From the NCBI GenBank assembly GCA_003344405.1, contig NOWV01000021.1:124001-188000 (forward strand): 64,000 nucleotides of DNA, given 5' to 3'. Below the pieces are notes generated by a model that searched no databases, had not been told where the DNA came from, and worked only from the letters and a program-made list of their open reading frames with translations. Positions 28,361 through 42,583 of the stretch are shown in pieces. Within the stretch, counting starts at the first letter, position 1. Every line of letters begins with the position of its first letter. Source of the DNA: Trichoplax sp. H2 (lineage: Eukaryota). Both the position numbers and the translations under genes were made by a program.

Positions 28361-28601
28361 GCAAAACAACAAAACAACGGCTCACTCTCTTGGAGAGTGA
28401 AACTAGGGACATTTCATGCTCTGACATCAGCAATTCACAGAATCGTTTCACAAGATGGCGAAAAGTATCTAAGAAAGGAAGCAAGACGTTGCCACCAACT
28501 GCTGTTCGAAAATAGGAGAAGCTTGGTAAAAGCCAACTGCTAACACGATAGAAATCGACTGAGCCAGGGAAATCCATTCAGGATCAATCTATTTTGCGCA
28601 A

Positions 28602-31600
28602 ATGGAATCGGTTAGCTTTTCGCCTTATTCACTGTCAGTTGGAGATACCATTATCAAGCTCAACGTTGGTGGTAAAAGGTGATGTAGGATATTGTAGGCA
28701 TGAATATAGAAACTGCATGGGGTAGCTATCGATTGCCAGAAAGCGAGCTATTACCTTGGTTAACCTTGATCAGCAGTAACGGTGATCAAAACTGTTTAAT
28801 CCATATAGTAGTTCGCGTGTGATGACATGCAGAGCTAGCTTGAGGACAATCCTAGACGCGTACTGGTAATTGACGAGTAGAATAGTGGAAGCATAATTTA
28901 TCCCTTTACCAGTCAACAAGATCGCCTACAATCATCATCAAAATTTTACTGTACATCGTTACCATTACTATTTCCAGTTAATCTTATTGGTAACATGATA
29001 TTATAATGTCTATGTAATACAGCAGTATCTGTCAAGATAAACTTCATGCCATTGGTACTGTCGTTCTGCTTGGGTCAGACATTACAACTTGATCACTTGA
29101 CTTGAAAACAAAACATTTTCCATGACACATTTAACGATCTTGATGATATGATGGTATTATAGCTCAATACCCATTTCTCAAGGATGATGTAATAACACTA
29201 GAGGAGAAAGTTCTTTACAACCACCAAAAGACTCTTCTTACACGTAGTTTGATTTCAACATCGGCAATGTCATTATCATTCAATCCCAATACCTTTTTCT
29301 CAATGTCAGTATTCTCTTTCTCTTATTTTATCCACAAGTCGCTGGTATACTGTACTAGAATAGAGTCAGTTCGCTGACTCGATCAAAAAGATTATTGTTG
29401 CACACAGCTTCATGGAATATCCGTTTTCAATATCACTCATTGATAAAGCCTATACATCATCCCATGATTACGTCTATTTATAGTCCAGTCCTGGATTGAC
29501 TAGATCAAATGGTTGTTATTGCATGTAGTTTTACCGATATACGCCTTGCAGTACCTATTTTTCACTGATAATTCTGGTATTCTCGTACATAAAGCAATAG
29601 GTACTTTACACTACGATTTGATTCACTTGATCAAAATTCTGTTATTACACCTGGTTTAACTTCTACTGAATATGGGAAATATTAGATGATCGCCACAATG
29701 TCCGTCATGCTTACTAATTTATGACTAAACTGCCTTCTTTAAACTTGTACAATAATCACATACATCAGTTAGCTAATGATACCCTACTAAAATAAGAGCA
29801 TGATAGACGGGTATGAATTCATTTTTCGAATGATATTGCCGAGCATACTCGTATTTCTCCTTCGTAAAACAGCTCGTCACATTAACCTGCAGCTTAAAAG
29901 TAGTTCTTGTTTACTCATGTTTTGACTTGCATATTGTTACTCAATCATTTCATTATCTAAGATTTAGTGATTGCCTAGTAGCACAATTTGTAGTAAAAAA
30001 ATGTTACATTCAACAAGAAACTAATCTACCTACTTCTTTGGTTCGTGTAGACTCATAGGTTAGGTAGTCCGTGATTAACCCTACCTACGTATGATGTCAT
30101 GATTCGAGTAAATGGATTTACATATCAAAGCTATACGAAAGTACAATATGGTAGTTTCATGGTCTTCTTTATCCTATTATATTTCGTTGCTAGATAATCT
30201 TCACATCCAAATACTGTTCGTATACTGTAGTTACTCGATAGTGATTTTGTACGAGTATCACTACATGATACCAGTACAAATAAAGAAAGGATTATGGCTA
30301 TCGAAAGCATTTGTCATAAAGTTCAATAACAATCTGATTGTTTAACGTGATCTTTTTATAATGTTGTGAATATTCTGTATTCATAAAAATCATCAGTGGA
30401 TTGAAAAATTACGTAATTGAATTTAAGAATTATGACTCTACGTCCTATAGTGCTGAACATTAGCAATTAATCACTGCTATTATATCATTGATTGTATAGA
30501 TTTCAGACCTCCAAGCAAACTCTAACGTGGATTCCGAATACTTTCTTTACATGGTTAGCAGGCTATGTAATTATGTACTCGTCTATATTAAATTAAGGAT
30601 TCTTTCTATATACATTTATAATTATGATTGGATTTGGTTATGGCAATGATATAGATGAGCATAGTAATAGCCAGTATAGATAGCATTATTACAAATTATG
30701 ATTTGGCTAACGTCATATCTTACTGTTCGATGGACTTTATTTCATGTAGTATACCAGCTACAGAATTGTTATTATAATTGTAACACAATCCGTTATGGCA
30801 AAATGCTTCTTTTGGAAGTAATATTGAGTTTTGGCTATGATTGAAATTGTAATTTCTCAGTAGTTTCTGGAATAAATTTTACGTACATCATAACCTTCGG
30901 AAAGATGATATTCATTTTATGACGTTACTATCAATATCGGCTGGTATCTTAATATTTCCAGCAAAGTCGTTCTGTAAGATACAGTTACAATCACTTTCCA
31001 AGAGTGTAATAACCACCTAATCCTAAATGTTGTCTTTACATAATAAAAAAAGTTTGCTGGATGGTAGAATACCAACGCTGAAAGATGAAAATGGCGACGT
31101 AAGTTTAGTACTATAAATCTATCTAAGTAAATACATATGCCTATGCTATTTTGAGATCCAATGCAACATTGATCGCGCTATTTATGATCAGATATTTATC
31201 GACCGTGATCCCGATGCATTTATACCAATATTAAATTATTTGAGGACGAAGGAAATTGATTTACGGTAAGGTATAAGAAAACCAGTAAAAGGAAATACTT
31301 ATTTTTTAAAGCACTGAGTGTGTAATATACACGAATATATAAAACTTATTATGGATATCTTGGAAGACTTTCTAATATCCCCATTTATGTTTGATAGTAA
31401 TATTGGTCTATCAACGGTAAAACATGAGGCGGAATTTTACGGCATCACGCCTTTAGGTAAGCCACATAACTGCTCTAATGATCTCATTCTAATGACAACA
31501 GATGAATATGACTGCCACGCATAATAGCAATGAATTTTACAGTATTTTCAATTTTATTCATGATATTTTCATAGTGAGACAATTAACCTTGTGCGAAAAC

Positions 31601-34594
31601 AAGTCCGACTCCGGTTGTGGAAGTTTGCATTTCAGCGCCTACTTGTCTTCACCAAGTAAAGCTTTTCCTTTGTAGCTAAAATAGATTGCATTGATTGATA
31701 TTAAAAATAGTTGTCGTTCTCTGATAATTATTATTCTATTTTTGGCTGTTCACGATGTTTAATGGCTGTTTTTGTTATAATATATCTTTTAACATTTATA
31801 GCGCTCCCTATACCCAAATCTCATAAATTTAGTAAGCAACGTTAAAAATTTTAATTTTGAAGATAAGATTACATATATGTTATTAGCCCGAGTTACTTAC
31901 ATACTGTCGTCCATTTCATATGTAGTTGAAAGTTAATGATATTTACTAATCGAAAATACTGTCTGTTGTGAATTGTGCACACGTTATTAATATAGATGAT
32001 GCAAGTATGAAGCGTGTTTTATCAGTTACTGGACATTACAACTGGATTGCAGTTTCATTTGCTCACTGTATTTGCTGTTATAAGTAAGTATTTATTCGGG
32101 CGGTACTTAAGTGAATGCTATAATTCTATAAATTGAGATCTTGTCGAAAACGATATTTATTAGATTGACAGAAACATCAGGCTGGCAGCTAGGTTTTACT
32201 AGTCCTTATCTAGCAAATTTTGCTGAGAAAATGGCATTAAACGTTCGAGTCATTGGTGGATCCCTCGGAGATAAGATGATTGCGGTGGCTTCAGGTTAGA
32301 TGATGTGTATCGATATTTTTTATATACTGGTTATTGCGTATTATGATGGTATTACATTATCACTTTAAGCAATTTTATAATACTAGTAATATGCAGCATA
32401 ATGAAATTAAAACTCTGATACGTACGGTATTATTTAATGTCCGTATAGGAAGCCAAATTCGTTTATGGAGCTTTGGTTCTATTCCTGTAACTCAAATAGG
32501 TATGGTGCATATTACCCCTTCGCATGAGTACTGCTGTCTGTTGTATGCTATGCCAAAGCTCCTGATTCATTAGTTATTATTCATTTATAATTAGGAACTT
32601 TTGAGCTATATGTTAGCGTGGATGCATTGTTTTTCGTTGGTAGCCATCTTGTTGCAATAAGTCATACAGGGAAGATTGGTGTTTGGCATTCTACAAATCA
32701 ACACTGGCAGGTATCATCTTGAGCTACTAACAACTCCAGTAGTTATTTTAGTAACGAAAGGTTGTTCATTTCAGAAACAAGATCTAATGCCTATAACTAG
32801 TTGGGATGCTGCAGCTGAATTTCTTTTGCTGGGTTGCAGAAACGGTTGTATTTATTATATAGGTATGATAATCCTACTTACAGCATTTCTAAGAATATCT
32901 TAATTCCTTAGTTGTAAATATATTTTAATGGGTATGTAATATTTAAATATACTTAATATTTACTTTTAAATACTTTGTGTATGACACTTCCGTAGATACT
33001 CAAAAATTTCCATTAAGAATGAAAGACAACGATCTTCTCGTTACCCAATTATATAAGGATCCTGAGAACCATGCGGTCACATCTTTAAGTGTTTACTTGA
33101 CACCTAAAGGCAGTATGTTACATTAATGATATTTATGACAGTATGAAGTCATTGGCGTTGATTTATTCTTAGACATCTTTATAACTTATATCATTAATTA
33201 TAGATTTTGGAGGTGGTGGTAGCGGTAACTGGATTGAAATTGCTTACGGTACGAGTTCCGGAATTGTTCGAGTTATTGTACAGCATCCTGAAACTGTTGG
33301 GCAAGGACCACAACTGTTGCAGACATTTACTGTTCATCGGAATGCTATTACTAATGTTATGTTAAGTGAAAAAAATTTAATATCCGGTAAACGATCAATA
33401 CATTAGTAACAATCATCCTTTGCTACTAATCTTCTAGTAATGCTATGTAATATAACCTTGACTGATTACTTTCATTTATTGTAGTATGCACCGAGAAACA
33501 TGTTCGCACATGGACTGTAACTCGATTTCGTGGAATGATTTCTACTCAACCCGGATCAGTGCCGTTAGCGTCATACCGTGTCCTAACTTTATCGAATGTT
33601 CAAGAACCATTCTATGGTTTGGAGGCAGGAAATCAAATTGGTAAAGAAATTAATATGATATAATAGGATTTGCAATGGTGAAATATTTACTGTCTGTAGT
33701 GGACTAATATTCTTCTTAGTAATACTATTAAAATTAATATCAAAGGTCCATATGGTCATCGTGACGGCGAGCAAATCTTTATTCAAAAAGTTATACCGGA
33801 AATAAATTATCTTTACGTTCGATTGGCTTCTACAGGGAAAAGGTAAAGTTAATAATAATCGTACAGATTTAACTTCGATAACAATGTGAATTGTTCTGTA
33901 TCCTAGAATTCTTGTTGCATTGAGAGTTAAAAATATTTGTATTGTTAAAAATAGGGTTTGTAAAATACGCTCCGTAGATGGTTCAAATATCACATGCCAC
34001 AGTGTACATGAATGCGAGGGAGTTGGTAGACTGAGTTCAAGGCTTCGAAAGTTCTTTTTTACTGGCCATGAAAATGGAAGTATTCAGGTTATTCTCACCA
34101 ATGTTGCAAGTAGTTTTAAGCTAAATTACAGTATTTCTTGACTCTATAATCAACTCTTAATAGGTTTGGGATTTATCGACTGCACTTGATGATGCACAAA
34201 AGTTCTCTGAAAGTAAGCTTTTGAAGATTCTTGTCAAAATTATTTATGCATATCACTTAGCGTATTTCTTTATTTAGCAAACGAAGCATCTGGTGATGGT
34301 GGTCCAAGTGAAAGTGAGTTACAAAAAATCTTGGAACAGTGCGATCTTGCAAGTCAGTCAGCACAATCAACTCCTATTTATGGTTCACTTGTCAGTCTCA
34401 CAAATATCGCCTCTTCACCTGTACCTCGTCGGCTCAATTATAACCGTACTATATCTACAAGTCGTATTTCATTGACAACAGGTGATGCTAGAAGCAGTTG
34501 GCATCGTGTTCCTGACAACAACAAAAGACATGAACCTGTAGAGAATGAGGAGATTAGAGTTGGCTCTCCTAAAGCAGTAATTTCTGATTGTTGA
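28602..34594 (+). CDS. KCTD3/SHKBP1: BTB/POZ plus WD40-like protein, KCTD3/SHKBP1 ortholog
   Basis: Spliced translation gives [124 protein letters not shown] and [15 protein letters not shown]. Stop at 34592-34594. Confidence 0.96.
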
Positions 34595-35581
34595 TATGGA
34601 TTCAATAATAAATGACCTTAAAATTTTATATATCTATATTCATTTATAGTATGTTTTTTTGTTGTTTTAGTATGTTTATCTCGTGTTTCGATATCGTATC
34701 TTAATGGCTAGAGAGTTTTGTAGTACAGTAATTTTTGTGTGTATTCGCAAAATTTAATTCGGTATTGGTATTACTGAGTTCTATCGCCTGTAAATCTTTG
34801 TCGCGATCAATCAACTCAGGATACGATATTAACGTGCCATTGTAAAGTACCGTTTTACAGAATCATAAATAACCATTTTATAAATGCTGTTGATCGATTG
34901 ATTTGGACTATATGTTAGTAATGACTAACACTACTGCTAAATTATTTTGATGAAATCAATAATGCTAAATTATGATATATCATATTGATTACTTTAGGTT
35001 GTACGAATTAACTATTAAAGTGTTACTTAACTAATCTTAAAATTTGATATCAAATTCAAAACAGACATGCTCATTAAGTAATTATAAACATGCATATATA
35101 TATATGAATATTGTCCACATATAGTTACACCTGCAAACCCGATTTTTAAGTTTAGTAAGATTTATAATAATTTTTATCTCAAGCATAAAATGGTCTAAAA
35201 TAACTATATTGTCAAACCTGCTAATAATATAATTCATATTACTAATAGATTATTTACAAAGTTTCATTGCGCTTAAAATTTCTATCGAATGATTCTTTTG
35301 TAACATAAATTGAAATAACTTTTTCCGGCATTTTTATGGTCGCTTTGGCTAAAATTTGTGATAACATCACAATAATGCTATCGGTCGTAAATGTTCGTAT
35401 ATCACGACAGATGAAACTAAATAAAATACGCATCTATGTGAAACTGTTTTGCAACAATCTTTACCGTTGTATGGTACTGTAATTTGTATGTCGTTATATA
35501 TACACCCATTTCATTTGAAAGCGTACGTAATAATGTGGTAAAAACAGTATTGTGACTGGATAGTGGTTTTATCATTTCCAA

Positions 35582-38500
35582 TTATGATTCCTTCAATTGC
35601 CATATTTGCTTTTCATTATCGTCTTCGCAGGGATCAGCGACAATTTCTCCGCTTGACGAGATGGTTAAGCATCGTTGTATAAAGTTGTTTCTAATCTTAT
35701 CTTTTGTCATGTCCCATGCCTATAATACCGTAGATAAGTAATCAATGTTAACATATATTAAACATGGTCCATGGTATAATGAAAACTAATATTATACCAT
35801 GAGCTTTGCGTCCCCTTCACAAGGCATTAATGTTACAGGAATATGCTGGCCTTTGGTGTCACTCAAATATAAGCAAAGGTCCCTTTGTCTAATTTGCTTG
35901 AGATCGAGGCTATATATCCATTCCTAAGTGTCAGTAAAGATAATTAGTCTACGGTAATAAGGACTCAAAATTACTTCAGTTACTACCTGATTTCCGCCGC
36001 CGCCATGGCAAGGGAAAGTTGAAACTCTATCGCCCGGCTTACCACCAATAGAGTCGAGGCATTTGCCCCCTTGGCGCAATTCGCCAAATTTATCATTTAC
36101 GCCTTCAGGAACACTATTACATATTTATCAGTACTTTAATGACATGAAATATTTAAGAGTAAGAGTGTACATTAATATACACATGCTCCAGATTCTTACT
36201 TCAGTTCTGGGTAGACATTGCGCATATACCATTTAAATGATCTACACTTCAATTTCTCTCTTAATTTCAGGCGATCGCTAATACTAGTGTAGTAAAAATT
36301 ATTAAAAAATTGTAAGAGTAAAATTTTTGCAGTCGGATAGTTATTTCCGCATACTCTCCATAAGGAACGCCCCTGGCTCCAGGTTCTCTTTTGTAATAAA
36401 ATTTTGCATATCCATCCATCCATGCTTCCGCTGCTCTTCTGGTATTCCTGAGAACGGAATACGTAATATTACGATTGAATCAGTATACTACTATACTTGC
36501 TTGCTATCACATGCAAGCAATCATTTATGTATTTACTTTGCAAATACGAAGCCACCACCCCCAGGGAAGGTATACGGATGCCGTTTGCGAAATACATGAC
36601 CAACTCGGGAACATGGGACAATCTCAAGGCTTCCCCCACACATCCAAATACGTAAAGATATTTCTTTATTTGCGATCACCATGATATTGTCGTCAAGATT
36701 TATTTTGTGTAAAAGAATGGAACAAATAAGAACTCTTTTGCTACATCTTGTTATTGATACTGATAGTCTTACCAAGATTTTCTCCTCCCCAAACGTCCAT
36801 TCCCATATCATACTTTCCACTTTTTATGAACCAATTCTTACTGATAGAAAAGAGGCCTCCTGCAATCATTGGTGTTCTAAGTGTAATCATATAGTGGTTA
36901 GTGATTGCATACGCGTATAGCAATGATCTTGCATTATTCTTAGTAGCGCTAATATCTTTACTTTATAGGTCGTGTCGGGTGAGCGGCCCGCTGTGATTGC
37001 TCTTCAGATGTCATGCTGTCCCACTTAAAATTAAGATTCCATCCAAATCCTAGCATTTCCGAAACACAGCCAATTAATGATATTATTAGAAATCATCAGA
37101 GCTAATACATCATTTCATATAATACGAGCAATCTTTTTACCTCCTTTTAAATCTGCGGAGCTACCTATGTAATTAAACGTATCCATGTGGATAACATCGA
37201 TTATAGGGCTAACAACTATAGTTTCATTCTGCAAATGTAATACCGATGATAAATTTAGCGTGTTTATTACGAAGTAGGCGAAAATATCGTTTTATTTATA
37301 TCGAACCTGTGCAACTCGACTTAATAGAGGTTCCAACCAACGTTCATTTACTTCGCAGTGGCTGTCTAAAAATGTTAACACATCGCCTTTTGCTAGATCA
37401 GCACCTCTCACCCTAGATCGAATTAACCCTGTAGAAATATGAATTCTTGAGTTTGTGCGTAAGGTATATTTTCGAATACAATTTCTATCGCAATAATTGC
37501 AGCAAAGACAATAGGAGAAGAAATTATCGCTCCGTGCAAGTTGGAAGCTAGTCTATCTTAATGATATCATAATTATTCCTTTATTGCACTAACCTTCTCG
37601 TTTATTATTTCGCAAAGTCTTCACTTTCGGTAAGATTTTTAAGAGCCTGCCATCGTTTGCTAGATAATATTTATTTCAGTACTTTTGTTATAAAAATTTA
37701 CTATTGTGCAATAAACCATCACCATTGTTAGCATAGAGATTTTATATATGCAATAGTTTGTGAGCGTACCATTGTCACTAAAGTCGTCGACAAGAATAAT
37801 TTCTTTTAATAGCTCGGATGGACTACGGTTTAGAACACTATCACCAAAGATGAATGGATATCGTATTAATAAAAACTCAATTAATCTTAGAATCAATATA
37901 AAGCATATCTCCTATAATAACGGTCAATTGAACAAAATTTGTCGGCCCCAAGTAATGTTATTTTAAGGCAGTACTTCGATTACACTACATACCTGCGAAT
38001 TGTTCTAAGTAAAGCGGATCGAGCTTCATTATGAAATGTAATGATAACAGAGGTTGTGGGCAACTTGTGCTTGTATTCTAATGATCTGCAGCTGTTAAAT
38101 TAATTATAAAGAAAGTATAATTACATTATCAGCGTAAACATCGTAATTTTAATCTCTTTTAGTCACTGCTATCCTGTTCAGTAAAATTAACATAGATTGA
38201 CAGTTTCCGTTTGATAAAGAAAATTAATTAAAAAAATAAGCACATGTCCTATGGAGAATAATACTTTAGAGATTTAAAAGAAAAATCCTTGAACGGCAAG
38301 AATATCAACAATAAATATCGTTGCTTCGTGATTAAACTTTGGTTGTTAATTAATAGTCGACAAACACTCAAGTGTTTCGTATACGATTGTATGATTCCTC
38401 CTTGTCTTATTGCAGTACTTGGGAGTAGAACAAGTAGACCGTACAGTGACAGTTGAAGGAATAGTTTAACCTCTAAAACTTGCAATTTTTTAATTCGGTA

Positions 38501-40573
38501 CTGCTAGCGACAACTCTCATTTCAAGCTTAATTTTATCGTAGTAACTGGAAACTTCTCTCACACCTGTACTTGACGAACTTTCAGCATATTCATTATTAT
38601 TTGAATACTAACACTTGTGAGTACTGATATTGAGATTGCCTAAATCAAGCTCGTTTAGGGGCTTCGGCTAATGACAAAATCACAAGATACCAGAAATAAA
38701 AAGGATGGAAATTAAAAACAAAAGTTCATAAAAGAATTTGAATAGAAAAGGGACGATTTTCCCATACAATCAATTAGTGCTTTTCCATATCTTTTATGTT
38801 ATCACCCAAGTAGATCCGTATCCTGTATCATTAGCCAGTAATTCAATAGCTTTTGCATCTAAATATATTCACTAACTACACTAGTCCACTAACAAAAATA
38901 TTCGAGATATTACGTAAGACAATCATTACAATTATTAGACATTAAGCATTGTCTTTTATCATATGCGATATTTGATGATTCAATCGCGTCCGATATACAA
39001 AAATGCGTTCAACTATGAATAAACGTAAGAACGATTTAAATATAATATAATTTAAATATAATTCATTGCCTATTATCATTTCAAATTAGCTGTTAGCACT
39101 AGCGTTAATTTGGCAAAAATATTTTCTCTCACATTTCGACTACTGTAGAATGAAAATGTTGCTCTATTGCTTTCAAGTTAATTTTGTAATTGTATGAATG
39201 AATTCAAATTATAACGAAATTGAGTAGTACCTATAATCACGCGTGTCCGGTACACCTCGATCAGTAGGCAATTTATCGCATTCCGCTTGATTGAAAGCAT
39301 TCCGCTTATAAGCATCTTCGCCTTGTTTTAAAGCAGTTGCACCAATGTAAGCTTTTTCGTCAAAATTGGGATTCCAACGGATGTTATCTTGCATCTCCTG
39401 TTCGGATTGAGGCTCCAGTAATTTAACTTCATGGTCACCTTCATCATTTGACAAGTCTATAACTTGCTGAGCATGCTGTTCAATCTTTTCCCTTACCTTT
39501 CTATCATGAGGATCTTTATCATCCTGCTGTATCTTTCTGTCCTTATTTGATCTAGCATCGTTAGCTGTTTTTGACTAGTATCAAAAAGAGATATTAGATA
39601 ACTTTACTATTTTATCGATAAAAAATCTAAAATCTAAGAGATGCATTGTTACATAGAATAACCAATAATTTATACTGCAATTAAAGAACTAGGAAATGAA
39701 GAAGCAGCTAAAACAGACTCAAACTTGATAGGTCTAATGAATTTATTTGCAATGTAATTTACTGGTGTGATAATGGTATCTAAATGAAATAACGAATAAT
39801 TAAAGAATGGATATTTTAAGTACTGCAATTAAAGCTGATTCGTTTCTGAAAGGCCCATTGAAATTATTGGGAACGTAAAGTAGTTTACCATTTATTTCTA
39901 TCCTTTGTGTAGTTCAATGAAGAAATAATCAGTCATATTCGAGTTTGAGTAGACGTATGATTCAAGGAAAAAAATAACCCAGTCAATCACTACAATATTG
40001 ATCATCACTTTTACTACATCACTATTTATGTATTGTACGCTCGTATAGCACGATTTATTCCATAACTGCTTGAATCGGATAAATTATCCATTTCTCTTGC
40101 AATACTTTTATACAGCTCTATATGAAAATTATTTCATTATAAGCCCTCTTATGTGAAGGATAATGACGATGATATGAAGTAACTGCTATAGCCTGTTAGA
40201 TACTACAGTATTGTATATTGTTATGGCACTGTCTGAAGATTTTTATTCGTAATTTTTTTTGAACAGCTTCAAAGTATCTTAATAATTTCAACTTTATGAG
40301 TTCTCCGATGCAATCTTCTTGCATCGAAGTCATTGGATATTAGAAAACTATTACTGCAAGGATTTACTATATCAATGTAAGGCGAGAAGAAATCAGTCAT
40401 TTCCAATATCCAAAATATAGACAATAAACGGGCAATCTTGATACATATATATATAATAATACTTCTGCATTTTCTACCTCGTCCGAACGTGATAGGTCAC
40501 GAGTATAGATAAATACCAAGGTTAGCCAGATAAAAGTAAATATGATCAAAAAACTTATTCGTTTCCACCTCAT
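35582..40573 (-). CDS. GALNT2: Polypeptide N-acetylgalactosaminyltransferase, GALNT2/14/16 subfamily
   Basis: [16 protein letters not shown] (type II TM), [85 protein letters not shown], and a ricin lectin domain with CLD...GGNQ. Stop at 35584-35582. Confidence 0.94.
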
Positions 40574-41459
40574 TTTCTTTTCATCTACATAAAAGTCAAG
40601 CAGCGGAGAAAAATATACAAATAGAAAAAATTGATAATATCATGTTTTACTTATTGGATGTTTCTCAATTTACAATAGTGAGTAGTTCATTAATTAAAAT
40701 AGTCATTGATACTGGATGTCCTAGACTAGTCATTGCGTTCAAAATGCAGCCTATGCGTACGTCTATCAAGTGATGGAATGGCGTGAATCATTGATCCATT
40801 CAATTAAATTAATCGTGCAGAATACTAAAGAATAGATGGTAGTCCTTGTCTATTAGTTATTCTTCAAGCATTTGTAAATGCGTTATTAGTAATGGTAACA
40901 GCACGGTTGAATAGAATGATTATGTTGATTCACTTTAGCATCCAATTGACATCCTTCGTTCACTACCGTAGATTGAGTTTTACGAACGGTAGCGCGATAT
41001 GACGATGATTATGATTTGCATACTGGTTCTGTAATGTTGTGTAATATTTGCAAGATTACAAAATCAATAAACTAGCCATGCAACGAAACTAGTAATGTGG
41101 TCATTTTATTGAATATGGCAAGGATTAAATGGTACTGTACTTTTATTGAGGATTGATTCTGTGTATCTAAGTTACCAAAATGGAGATCGTGGTCCAATGG
41201 ATGATGATAACAATCTACGAGCATGCAGCTACAATATCTTACCATGCGATTAAACGATCCAAAATGCAAATACAGTAGAGCCAATAGAGCTGTTTGGTTG
41301 AGGGTAAGGATGTTGAATGGAAGAATTGATTTCACCGTCAAGGCGAAGACGAAATGAATACAATTCTACAGAATAATGGTAGCTGAGTAAGCAGACAGCT
41401 GGACACCACCACAGGCGCAAATCTCTAAGCTGCAACGATAATGGGGCTTTCCACCTGAC

Positions 41460-42500
41460 ACGTACAGTAGGTCAATCTGCGGTACATCAAGATACAATAC
41501 TGTACTGTATAGGATTGCAAGTTCAGCGATGTGTCTATCAATCAATGTACTGTATTCTGTACCTTGTACAGCGTGACGTCGAGATCGTGATTAATGGATT
41601 GATGAATTGATTATTCGTTTAATTTGATCTCTAAAAATACCAAGAGATTTATACAGTAGTCACTTTGTTAGTGGAGAAGATGAGGACAGAACTCCAGCCG
41701 CCGGTGTCTGTCTGTCAGTGTCCGACAGTGTCAGTACTGCATTCATTTGGCTGCTGTTTCGTGCATGCCCAGTATGCCCTACTCTATTTGCGTCCAGTAT
41801 TGACGCGACGAGGTCCAATAATGAGTGTTTTGGCGCACGTGCGGGTACCTTTTACTGTACACTGTTCTCATCATGTCCTCTTTTTAGGTATGGAGGTGTT
41901 GAAAAGTCCCTGCCACGGTGTACTCTACCAGTCTGCTCTCCAGTCCAGTACTATACACTGTATCGTACCGTGCTACATACTGTAGCCAGAAACTACACTA
42001 CTGTACCTACTGTATTGCACACTGCACAGTACTGTACGCCAATGGGTGTGGACAAACTTCTGTGTGGGTTCCTAATCAGTGCTACCCACATTCACTATGG
42101 TAGTACCAAAAATGTACTCACGACCCAGTCTAAGTGTACTGATTTCATTTACGGTACACTAGAGTATACTGAGTGTACAGTGTACAGTGCACAGTGTACA
42201 GTACTGTAGGCCCTCCATGGTACTGTGCTGTGCTGTACAGTGTACAGTGTACAGTATGTGCTGTACAGTGGACTCCTCCAGTAGAAATACTGTAGACAGT
42301 ACAGTACAGCGCTCTATTTGTTGACGTGTCCAGTTCTACTGATGATACCATGTACCATACATGATGCCATGAAGTGGTCTGAAGCCGTGTGAAACAGACA
42401 CAATACGCTTGAGTACTCGACTGCATTACGCATGACTGAATGGATGATGAACTACTGTATACCATGCAGTACTCAACTATCCATACACGACACACTATTG
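41460..42500. promoter_or_regulatory. Divergent (bidirectional) promoter region between GALNT2 and ZIP9, TGTACAG/ACTGTA-rich island
   Basis: The genes are head to head. There are tandem TGTACAG heptamers (~42174-42270), TACAGTACTGTA at 42197-42208 and ACGCCAATGGGT at 42036-42047. Confidence 0.6.
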
Positions 42501-42583
42501 CATCAGCACGATAGCCTACTAGACGCTTTCGACTCGATCAATTCATTCTACAAATCGTGCCCACTGACTTACCCAAGCTCAAA

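Noticed and set aside
27798..28577. Overlapping ORFs of 60-116 aa on both strands
   Set aside because: The Y/C/T/V-rich translations arise from TACAGT low-complexity, stop-poor promoter DNA. No recognisable domain.
32711..32720. Possible U12-type donor GTATCATCTT in KCTD3
   Set aside because: It deviates from the GTATCCTT consensus and no clear U12 branch point is visible.
41072..42495. ORFs of 61-163 aa between GALNT2 and ZIP9, including a possible ERH gene as in human
   Set aside because: The translations reflect the TGTACAG repeats. I could not find ERH-like or other known protein motifs.
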